62,254 nucleotides of DNA. Origin: Nemertoderma westbladi (taxonomy: Eukaryota > Animalia > Xenacoelomorpha). The notes beneath the pieces are model-generated. The model ran no database searches and was not told where the DNA came from. It saw only the letters and a program-made list of their open reading frames with translations. Within the stretch, counting starts at the first letter, position 1. The number at the start of each line of letters is the position of its first letter. Below are positions 26,970-37,960 of this stretch, one piece after another. The position numbers were made by a program, and so were the translations under genes. Location of the stretch: assembly GCA_032718475.1 (NCBI GenBank), contig JAUCBJ010004766.1, forward strand, positions 1 through 62,254, in the 5' to 3' direction.

Positions 26970-29934
26970 ATGGATAGGCGGAAGGTAATCAACCAACGGC
27001 TAGACATGCTGACAAGGTCAGTGGAAGGTAATCAACCAATGGCAACCTACTGCAAAGACGCTTGTAGGAGTTGCGACCACAATCGGTTTACTCTCGCAAC
27101 TGAAAGATATGAGTATGAGAACCTCCAGGAGAAATACCGGCTTGGTCGTCGCCTGGATCAACAAGGACCGCATCCCTCAGTGGTACACCAGGCTGGGTTC
27201 GATAAATTGGCTTTTGGAACAGCAGACAGAGAAGAAAGAAGAGCCAACCTCTTGAATTATAAAGAGACACTAAAGATTGCTACAATGAACGCACGCACAC
27301 TGAAAGCACATAGCAAACAGGGTGACATGGTCGCTCTGGCAATGGAATATAACATCGACATCATCTGCATCCAACAACATCGGATTTGTCATGAAGACAC
27401 TGTCATGAAGTACAATGACATTGGAAATGGATGGACGTTAGTAACAAGCTCAGTAGTAAGAAACTCGGCCAATGCATCAATTGGTGGAGTAGGAATTCTT
27501 CTAAGCCCATTTGCACTAAACAACATTGAATCTATAAATTCCAGGGTTATGATCACAACATTTGATGGGAATCCCAAGACAACAGTTATATGTTGCTACA
27601 GTCCAACCAATGCCTCAGTGCTAGAACAAGCAGTCAAGTTTTATGAAGATCTGATTGGACTTATAAAGGACATTCCGAAACACAATGTTAAAGTCATTGC
27701 TGGTGACCTGAATGCGCAAATTGGCCCAGAAGACATCAAGGGTTACACCTATAACACCAGTTCTAACAGAAATGGGTACTTACTTTTAGACCTAATGGAA
27801 GAATGTGAATTGATAACACGTTCGTGGGGCCTTCGCGCAGGACGAGGCCCAGTTATGAGATATAAATGAAAATTAAGCGACTGTATCACAAAATCAGTAT
27901 TTGAGAAATTTTACTATACCGCCAATCAATCAAAGAAAGGGGGACAGTACGCGTTCAGCATAAATTTATTATAACTGTAAGACAGTTACACAGATGCTGC
28001 ACGAAGACCCCACGCAAATACAACTTGGAAAATTTCTAAACTTTTGCCAGACTACATATGTACCAAGTTTGGATATATTTTATCGAGATTTGGCTGAGTT
28101 ATTAACGTTTAAAATTGGACACAACAGATCAACAAATCAACAGAACAACAGACACACCGATTGAGTTAGTGGTACCTGTATGCTAAGCTCGCTTACTTTC
28201 GTCGCTCGCCCCACATCAAGCAACACATTCGAAAAGAGTAAGGGGAAGCTGTGGACCTTTCAATACCCTAATGGAACCACAGCACAACTGGATTATATCC
28301 TTATAAACAAAAAGTGGAGAAACAGAATGATCAACTGCGAGGCATACAGCTCACTCAACCTAATTGGTTCGGACCACAGAATTGTGACTGCAGAGATCAG
28401 ACTCAGTTTGAGAGCCAGAAAACCCAGGACAAGCAAGCAAATCAACTATGACTGGGAGAAACTCAGAACTGACAATGCAGTAAAGGATGCTTACACAGTA
28501 GAAGTTCAAAACCGCTTTGAAGCACTTCAGCCAATGGATCAGAAGACCACTCCACCGATTCAATACCAGATTATAATAACAGCCCACAAGGAATCAGCTA
28601 CTGTAAGAGGCATATCCCCCAGAAACCCAAACGAAAACAGTATGTACCATGGCAAAACTCTGAGGATACTTGTAAGAGAGAAGTTCTTAAGATAGCCTAC
28701 AAAGTTAAAACCGAACAACCAACAACCGAAAACATTAACAAGGTTGAGAAAGCTAAGGAAGATCTTAAATTGGCCTACAACACCAGCCAGGAAAAGCACA
28801 TACAGGATAAAATTGAAGCAATTACAACAATTAATACAGCAACAGCATACATCAACAATCAAGACTTACCTGGCAAACTGTAAATGAGGTATCTGGTCGG
28901 AAAAGTTGTACAAAGGGGAGCCTCAAAGCCAATAGTCCTGAAGAACGTGTTGGGAAGTGGAAAAATAACTTCAGCAACTTGCTTGGGGAGCCACCAAACA
29001 TCGAGGTCAGCCCTACAAGGAAAATATATGACAAGACACTACCTATAGAAACAGGGGACTTTATACCTGCTGAACTCCAAAGAAGCATTAAAAGCATGTC
29101 CAATAATAATCCGAGTGGATTAGATGAAATCCCAGCGGAGGTATGGAAAATAGGAGTGCTAAACAGACCATTATTGAATGTTTGCAACCGGATGTTAAAA
29201 GGGGAAAAGCCACCACCAATTTGGACTAAAGGTCAACTAAAGCCTCTCCCCAAGAAAGGAGACCTCAGTATACCAACAAATTATCGTGGGATCTGTCTGC
29301 TTGTGGTAGCTGCCAAAATATACAATAAAATGATTATATATAGGATTAGGCCTCACATAGAAAAACTACTGTGTAAGAGCCAAAACGGATTTCGACCAAA
29401 TAGATCAACAATAGCTCAGATACTTGCACTACGGAGACTGATTGAAGGAATTAAGTCAAAGAATCTCCTCGCAGTCATGACTTTTGTGGACTTCAAGAAG
29501 GCATTCGAATCCATCCATAGAGGTAAAATGCTTGAAATCCTAAGAGCTTATGGAATACCAGAAGTAATTGTTGCTGGCATTGGATTGTTATATTGTGACA
29601 CAGAAGCGCAGGTACTCTCACCAGATGGTGAAACTGAGTTTTTCTCAATCCTGGCTGGCTTACTGCAAGGTGACACATTAGCACCATTACTATTTGTAAT
29701 CGTGCTGGATTACGCAATGAGGACGGCCATAAAGGGTGAAGATATGGGATTCACACTTCAAGAACGCAGAAGTAGTAGACTCATGGGAAGCGTAGTCATG
29801 GACGACTGGCCATAACATATATAGGTCAACTTGAAAGGGATACTGAACTTGGGAGAAACGAAATTGCGACAACTATGGAGAATCGGGAAGCCTGGAAGGA
29901 TCTCATTTCCACTGTCCAAGTTCGCTGGACCTAG
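26970..29934 (+). pseudogene. Disrupted RTE endonuclease/reverse transcriptase ORF
   Basis: Broken by a 400-bp insertion (27816-28215), a 5-bp insertion (28601-28605), a frameshift near 28855, and an internal deletion near 29780 that removes the catalytic [F/Y]ADD region. Confidence 0.85.
27816..28215 (-). mobile_element. Helentron-like (HINE/DINE-1-type) non-autonomous element, 400 bp
   Basis: Removing it restores the RTE frame (ELI|SSNTFEK) with no TSD. Minus-strand 5' TGTGGGGCGAGC, short CTGTT repeats, 3' hairpin GGGCCTCG..CGAAGGCCC then CACGAACGTGT. Superfamily assignment is inferred from structure. Confidence 0.75.
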
Positions 29935-29979
29935 TAGTAGTAGTATATTCCAAGATTCATTTGGGCACAGTGCTTTAAA

Positions 29980-30060
29980 TGCTGCAGCCTAGCCCAACCC
30001 TGGCTTTCATCCTTCAGTGGTCGATAAATGGGAACCAAAGCAACTTGGGAAACAGAGTGG
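29980..30060 (+). mobile_element. SINE central-domain fragment
   Basis: GGCTTTCATCCTTCAGTGGTCGATAAATGGGAACC resembles the GCCTTTCATCCTTCC..GGTCGATAAATGAGTACC domain of widespread metazoan tRNA-derived SINEs (recognised from memory, not searched). Confidence 0.45.
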
Positions 30061-32076
30061 AAGGGTTTACTGTGGAAGATCACCCATGTTGGTGAACAGG
30101 CATTCCTTGTCGTCAAAATGGTAACGCATTGACCCCCCCCCCCCCCCCCCCCCCTAACAGTGTCAGTTCGATAAAGCTCGGCTAATTTTGTGGCTCGCCC
30201 CACAGGTACAGAACAGACAGAGTCGCGCTTTGTAGATAAATCGAGAGAAACCCTGAGACACGGATAGGAAGAGAACCACGTTATAACCAACTGAACCGTC
30301 AGCCTTAAAGAGGAGATAGTGCGAGAATAACCATAGGAGCTGAACTAGGCACAACCTAGGGAGGAGAACAGCCAGGCGAAACAAAGTCGGGTACAGAGCG
30401 CGGCGCAATCTAGTATAAGGTTGATGAAAGAGTCCGTGGAATTTCAGTTATTTTGAGAATTAAGTTCATTATTTATATCCTATTAATTTCTGAGAAAGAA
30501 CATAATTTCTTGTTATCTCTTCGCGAAATCCACAGAAAAATTAATCAGAAAAATATAATGGCGAAACACCACCGCGACGGTTCTACGCTTTCCGATAGGT
30601 CGTTGTTGAATTCGCGGTGGAATCAGTATAGCCCCGCTATCGTAATGATAATAATTACTGTAAAGTGCACGGCGAATAATAAATTGAGTCTGACGGATCG
30701 GATGAGAAAAAAACATCTCCATTAATTGATATTATCAATGGAGAGTCTTAAATATTTTAACCATCAATCAAAAAGATAATATATTCGAATGTAAAACTGA
30801 TTACTATTAATATATTGGGATAAACCAATAGTAGAGTTTTTATACCATACAGTGGATATCCCAACGAGCCCGTTATTCCTTTCCTTTCATTTACTTTCCT
30901 TTCATTGACTTTCCTTCATCCACCTTATCTGATTTTGTGGAATGGTGACCGTGACAGCGATATATAGCAATACAAAATTATCTACTAACCCGCCCTCTCT
31001 CCCCAAACCTAAAATATATAATGATGAGTAGTACAGACAGACTATTAACAGCGCTAGATTTTTTAACATAAACAAACAGAGATACCAACACTATAATATT
31101 GCATAATTAACTCGGCTAAAGTTAGGTATTACCTGGAATTGTGATTAGGCCTACTATTAGTACAATGAACAGTGCTGTTTATGCTATATGTATAATGTAT
31201 GAGTATGATATTATATTTAGGAAAGTTACTTAAAATAAAAACTTGTTTTTGGCCAATAAACTCAATGCAATCAAGTTATCAATAAAAGGCAGAATAAGTA
31301 GCACATCGCCAATGCCTATAGGCCAATTTCTCATCCCATTTGATAATCTATCCCTATTGCCTAGCAAGCCTTAGCAATATGATTGGTCAGCATTTTTTGT
31401 TTAAGAAGCTTTCATTGATGAATCCGTAATGGGGAAATTACAATTATTAGACCAATCCCTCAATTAATTATTTTTGCTACCTACTGTACAAGGATGAAAT
31501 GCAAAGATTATCCTGCTATATTGTAGGCTATTTCAGTTCAAAGTGCGCATAGCCAGGCTATCCCAAACACTACCCCAAAGTTAACGTTGGTTGCGTTGTA
31601 GCCAATAGCCAAGGCGTACTGTACGCCTTGGTTGTAGCTATTAATAAATAACACTTTGGATTCAACCTGCGCCAGCGCTCCACTCGCACTCACATGTTTT
31701 ACCTGTGCGGTTATTTTAGGGTTTCCGCGAAACTCTAGCTCCCAACCTTCTCGGGCCAGTTCACGGCCTTGGTTGACTTCGACAAGCCAACTACAGTATC
31801 CCGGCCGCCGCAAAGTTCATTCGCCTACGCAACTCCCTTCAGGGGCCCATTCAGGAGGCTGTAAAGGGATGAAGTGCGGGAGTGGCACCAATGCAGCTGC
31901 CACCAAGGAGTTTGTCAGTCGAACCGAATGTCCTTATCGCCCTCTACAGTCAGCGCCCTTGCCGTATCGAGTAACCAACCCGATCATCTCCTCGCCTTGG
32001 TAGATATCTTCATGTTTCCCCCAACCATTTGGGAGATGCGAAGCAATCCCTGTATGTGGATGATTTCTGCTAATTG

Positions 32077-32562
32077 GGTTCATGGATCCGGAAGTCAGGT
32101 GAATGAATACCTTCGGGTACGTAAGGGGAAGGCATGGGCAGCATTGAATAGTCGTCCAGGATAGTCACATACAGTAGAACAAAACGGAATCTCAAGGTTC
32201 AATTATTTAGAGCAACAGTAGAACCAGTACTCTTACATAGGAGTTCACGCTGGGCTCTGACTGCAGAGGATAACAAATCTCTGGATGGCACTTTCACAAG
32301 AATGATGCGCCGGGTTCATTGTGTCATAATACATACTCTATACAATATTGGAGGCCGGATGGAGGTGTTTCATTAGTCTCCCCTTGCCTTGCTTGGCACT
32401 TAAGAACGGAACACCCTTTGTATAATCCTGTACTTTGGCGGTCTCATGGAGTGAATAAGTATTGTGGACAGGTTATTTCCAAGCCAGCACAGCATTCTTA
32501 ATATAAATGAAATAATATATACTGCAGCTACAATGCAGCATGCCGATAGTAGTAGTAATAGT
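32077..32562 (+). mobile_element. 5'-truncated RTE LINE copy
   Basis: RVRKGKAWAALN, LKVQLFRATVEPVLL, LDGTFTRMMRRV and LWRSHG motifs; (TAG)n tail at 32547-32562; 3' end shared with 51200-51406. Confidence 0.8.
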
Positions 32563-35500
32563 GCCAGCTGAAATAGAACATGACAGATTTGTTTCTGGGT
32601 ATCTCTAGGTTTTGGCAATACGTCATAGAGCATGATAAGGTTGTACATCAACTTCATCTCGTTGTCAATGTGAGCATCTGGTTATTTCTGCTTGAAAGTC
32701 AAGAAAAAGTTACTATTAAGTCTGCTGCCAGGAATAATTGTCAGAGGTTTGATTTATTGGAGATGTTGCCGAGGGAAAGTACAGGCCATACGTGACAATA
32801 ATATGTTAAAAGTGTATGTGATACTTTAATAGTGGCAGATTGTGTTTCTATATTCCAAGTAATTATCACGCGGACGATTTGGTTGTGTGCGGATTGTCGG
32901 GGATACAAACTCTGCGGATATAAGCTACCGAAGTTTATACAATAAACAAATTTCTAAATTTTTTCAATCCTATCATGAGTGGCGAGTTTAATAGAGATTT
33001 CAAATCTGTATGTACTGTAAATATACTGTATTTTCTCAACCTAGAGTATTTAGCCAAAGCTACTGGAGTCTGTTTTTTGACAAGCCTTTGAGCACCACTA
33101 TATTTTACAATTGAATAAGGCCCTTTTCATCAAAAAGGCTCCCACGGTACAGATATGAATACTATTGCTAAAAGGTTATTTTATTAGTTATATTTTTTAG
33201 CAAGGATGAAAAATTATACTCTTAAACAGCCCAGACAAAGTTTAGTAGCCTCAGAGAAATAATTTTCACCCAATTTTAGTGACCAAAGAAACCAAAATGT
33301 GAGGTTCCATTTGTGGGTGCTACCCCCCTTAAAATAGCTGGCCAGATATTATAAAAACAACTCATTACAGCAACCGCTCGCTGCTCATTGTAAAATCGAT
33401 TTGTTTCTTATGTCGGGGAATCGATGGAGAATCGAATTTCTCATTTATGTTGAATGGAGGAGTTTTAAAAGAGGGACAGAGGCACGGCGAGAACAGATAA
33501 ACCCCTAAACTAAGTACAGTACAGTAAAGGGCTTTCAAGTGCGTTGTGGTTAGCCAACATTTTAGTAGTGATATATAACTAGAACGCCATCAAGATGGCT
33601 TTAAACGAACCTGTCTTACACAGACTCCAAGAAACAGATGGGATTGGAAGATGCAAACCAAGAATGACTTGCATCAACCAAAAAACTGCCTCCCATCTAA
33701 TGTAATACACATTCGCCTAGGCAAACAAATCATAATCACAATTACTACGATGATGTGTGAAATGGTATCCATATCCGCAACCTGAGAAACGGCCCAAAAG
33801 AGCAGTTTATTCTGCGGAGGGGTCTTTTCTGTATTAGATAAATAAAATAAAGAACACTATAATTACAGTATTTATACCTGATACATTCTCAGTTAGCCTA
33901 ATAAAAACATCGGAGCAACCAATATAATGTACATGTACAAGCATCCTATGAAAGTTTGTGAAATGTTCCCTTAAGTCTACCCAACAGCCGTTGGTACCCG
34001 GCTGGCAGCCACCCTGGTTCAGTTTTATGGTTTTGTTAGTTTAATCGACAGCTGTTGTAAACGTCCCAGATATACAAAACCTACTAAGCCTTTGCATTAC
34101 AATTGAGCTTAGCCTAAGTTGATGACAGTATTATAACGATGACAATTAGGCCCTATAGATACATACGATATATAAATGATGTACTGCTTGACATTACACT
34201 AACTGGCTGAATAGAGATAGAACTATAATAATACGTTTGGCATTCTGTCAGATTTCAGTAGTAAGTAACCTCATAATAATTGCTAAATATCAATCACCTG
34301 AAAAACATTTCAAGCAAGGGAGTTGTGGGTATTTAATTTCGCGTTCAATAATGTTGAAAATATGCAAATATTTCGAATATCGCACTTCGAATCGTTCCCA
34401 ACTTTTTTATTCAACAACTAGACAACAATTGATAAATACTTGCGTTTACAATTTTACAATGCATGCAAGTGGTTTCAAGCCATTTGGTGAACATACATAG
34501 TGAGTGATATAGTGACATATATATATAGTGATATAGGTAAATATATATATCCATCGTGTTTTTGCCGGCCTCAGCTTTAGACAAAAACTACCCAGTCTAA
34601 AGACAGGTTCGTTATAACATAAATAATTTGCTGAATTATATTGTTGAGAAAGATTTAAGAAAGATATTTGTTGTTGCAGTGAAGAGCAACCTAATGCTTT
34701 ATCAGCTCAATCCACTCTGTAACACTACGCACTACAGTAGCACTGTAATTTAATTGTTTTTTGCTACTGATTAAAAATAGAAGGGTTACAAGAAAAAATG
34801 TTTCAGATTTTTCAAATAAGTTACTCTATGTGGTCAATTTCATGTCAATAGTCATGTTGCAAAATTGCATTGCAAAAAATAGTATCTAGAGGTAGGCCTA
34901 CTGTAGCACAAGCAAACACCTTAAACCTTCGCACCTACTGTATTAGCGAAATGATCTTAGCACTTAGGTTAAATAATGTTCGACTTGGTGTGGGTAAGAG
35001 TTCAAGTTCAAAATAATATTAAAGTGAATACAGTCGAGATATTGTATAAAAGCAACTCAATATCATACAGTAGCTTCGAATCAAATCCATATATAGGCCT
35101 ACAGTATCCACTAAAAATGATATGCCCCACTTGTAATTATGCCACATGGTCGATGCCACGTAGTTTCTGTAATAACTATATCATTGTTCATAAAATAGCA
35201 TGTAATTGTGAAATAGTTATAGTGTGTATTCGAATGACGTCATAGGATTACAGTATATTTCGAATGACGGAGGAGGGATTCTTACATACAGTAGGCCTAG
35301 TACACGTATGGCGTTGGGACATACTGAGAAATAATGTCGCACTGCGATATTTAGTTAGAAATTATGTCGCCCTGGCGATTTGGTAGCGCGAAATTAATTC
35401 CACACAAATAAATACAATTCTTATTTTTTTATAATTCAACCAACACCCCATCAAATATTTTATTTCTTAATAAAAAATATTTGTTTTTCAGGTCGACGTA

Positions 35501-36484
35501 TAAAAATCATAAAATCCAAACAACCCCGTGTTTGGATTTTAATTCTGAAAATTGTTGAGTAAATTATTTATTCAACAATAGTAAATTAGACATTTTTTAT
35601 TAGAAATTTTAACGGATTTTCTACTGTAACTGGTATAACTTTGAAAGCATTTTAAGAACATATTTTTCATTGTTCCCATGCCATACTACTGTATGAATAG
35701 AAAGAGATGAAAGCGGGTTTGTGTCTCATGTTTTTAGTCACCTTTTAATTACCGGAGTTCAAGATATAAAAATAATAGTTTGGTATCTCCAACTGTATTA
35801 TCTTTGGACAGATATCTACTGTAACATCTACTTAGACAACCTCTTTCATACTGTAGTAACGAAGCCGTCGGAAGGCTAGGTATACTGTAGGCGTAAGCCT
35901 GAGGCATATCCGTAATACTCAAACCCAACGCCGAAATGCCTAATTAACGTGTACTCCTGTTTCTTCCGGTAGTACATCAATAATCGTTCACATCCCGCAA
36001 TAACCAGCGAGTCCGAGTGACGGCCATTACCTACCGTAATTCAAGTTCTGTTTGGAACGACGGGTGGGATTGTCGATGTCGGTTTAGTTATATTTCAATA
36101 AAGTAAAAGAAATTGCGACAAATTTTTTGTTAATCGTGTCGTTTTAATGTGTTAAGATTTGTTACAAATATTGTGAGATGCTTGCACTGTATTAATACAT
36201 TCGAAGGCCTTCTCTGTAGTTTATATTTACAAAAGCATTTTTGCGGTAAATACAGTACTGTATACAAGTATGTACAATGTACATGCAGTAGTATACTGTA
36301 CATAACTTGACACAGTCAGTCTGTAGGCCTATACTACTGTATGTTGGTTTCAAAAGAAGTTTTCACTAACTCGGCCCTCTTCTGGGTTCCCTATCGTACA
36401 GTAGTAGCCTGTATAGTAGTTATTGGAAAAACTCTCTATTTCACAGTTCAATTGTATTTAAGGAAACAAAAGAAGATACGGAAT

Positions 36485-36685
36485 TTATATCATTGTTAAT
36501 GCAGGCGACCTTATACATCTTCTTATCTTATCAGAAGAGCACCTCCAGCCATTTAAATCCGCCAGCAGACAAACACTGCTAAATTGCTACAGTCTTTACC
36601 CGGATTCGAAACTGCGCCACCAAACACTACAGTATTATGTAAGCTGTTCAGGCGCTGTCACTGTATCCACTCTGACCCTGGGACA
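36485..36685 (-). mobile_element. Possible tRNA-derived SINE
   Basis: On the minus strand, A-box-like GGTCAGAGTGG and B-box-like GTTTCGAATCC; no intact cloverleaf. Confidence 0.4.
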
Positions 36686-37242
36686 CTATACTGTATTTAG
36701 GGACGCGTTGAAACGATTTCCTACAAATAGTTAAATAATAATAGGCCTACAGTACTGCACATGTACCGTATGTAGAGCCTAACTTTAACTGGTCTTAACA
36801 TACTCTGACCTCAATATCTCATGCTTTGAAACAGAATTATTATTTTTATTATTATTATTTTATTATTTTTATTTTATTTTTTCAATATCCTGTTCAACAC
36901 AATACATTAGGTTTATTCTTAATAATATCTCAATACCCATTCCAGGATGTAAGTTCATTTTAGATACGTTATTAGGGTGTGGTGAAAACTGGGAAGAAAT
37001 ATAATGCTGAACAGACGTCGGAAGACAGACAGACAACCGATTATATTATAGCTACAGTACGCCGTACTGATACACAGCCTACTGTACCATCGCAACATGC
37101 GGCTCGCCCCATCTTAAATAGGACAACAACACCGAGCGATTGATTGCGTATTTTCATCAAAAGCATTGCAATTATATATTGTACCGCTGAGTGGTGTTAT
37201 TGAATACCACTGTATGGACAGGACAAACTAAATATAACTTAC

Positions 37243-37494
37243 CCACGCCAGATTGACAAGATAAATGAATCCAATATTAGTTTCTAGTAGTCTTTGGTTT
37301 ACGGGGTCGAGTGAATCATCATTATTTTCATCTTCATCATCACTACCACCACGACCCTTCCTGTACACAACTGAACCGAAGAACTGTGTCTCTTTCTCGG
37401 GATCCCAAGTATTAAGTTTGGCTGTTCCAAGTGATTCCTTTCTCTTACTTGGAGATTCTTTGAAGGAATACGAACTACTTACTCCCAAACTCAT
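37243..37494 (-). CDS. Putative first coding exon (84 codons, MSLGVSS...GFIYLVNLAW), phase-0 donor
   Basis: ATG at 37494, open frame with an acidic tract (SDDEDENNDD), GTAAGT donor directly after 37243. Confidence 0.55.
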
Positions 37495-37669
37495 AATGTT
37501 GGTCGCATCAACATATTATTATTATATTAAAAGCTACATAGATCTATACCACAATGGCGACGGTGTGACGTAAAGTCGTTAGGCTACTAGGGCCTATAGG
37601 GTAGACAGACGATTTATGGATAAAGATCATCACGATAAATCTGAGGAGAGAACCATTTGTTCACTATAA

Positions 37670-37960
37670 ATGTTACATTTTATGTAGAATCCATTTCGGG
37701 GGGAACGTGAGGATGACCTTAATGAAATCCATGGATTGAGAAACTTCGTGAAAATTTAATTATTCTTAAAGAAATCGATTTTTGGCAATAACGTATAGCA
37801 TAACGTACAGAAATGAAATGAATATAATTTCTACAATCGTTAATTTACATTTCAGATTCATCGATGAAACCATCGATTTCTAGGTCACCCACCAGTTGCC
37901 ACGTTTCAGGATAGGCACCTAGCTACTCTTCGAAATGGATTCTACATGAAATTTTACATA
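37670..37960. mobile_element. MITE with ~28-bp terminal inverted repeats
   Basis: ATGTAGAATCCATTTCG (~37682) pairs with CGAAATGGATTCTACAT (~37931) and extends imperfectly outward. Confidence 0.6.

Larger units (their letters stand above)
26602..29943 (+). mobile_element. RTE-clade non-LTR retrotransposon, near full length but defective
   Basis: APE motifs (IATMNARTL, DIICIQ, GVGILL, CYSPT, AGDLNA, LDYIL, SDH); RT motifs (NYRGI, QNGFR, FVDFKKAF, QGDTLAP); RTE C-terminus (HGKRSHGR...REAWK); (TAG)n tail at 29932-29945. Possible TSD TATATTCC at 26594-26601 and 29944-29951. The 5' end is approximate. Confidence 0.9.
25970..30204 (-). mobile_element. Helentron-like non-autonomous element hosting the RTE insertion
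   Basis: Ends ACACGAAGTGGGGCCTTCGCGCAG (25970) and GCTCGCCCCACA (30204) match the termini of the 27816-28215 element. Internal repeats (TTCACTTTCAGA..., CCACTAGCGG) at 26220-26530. Confidence 0.55.

Noticed and set aside
31538-32075. GC-rich overlapping ORFs upstream of the truncated RTE
   Set aside because: No recognisable motif or consistent splice structure; cannot be supported as coding.
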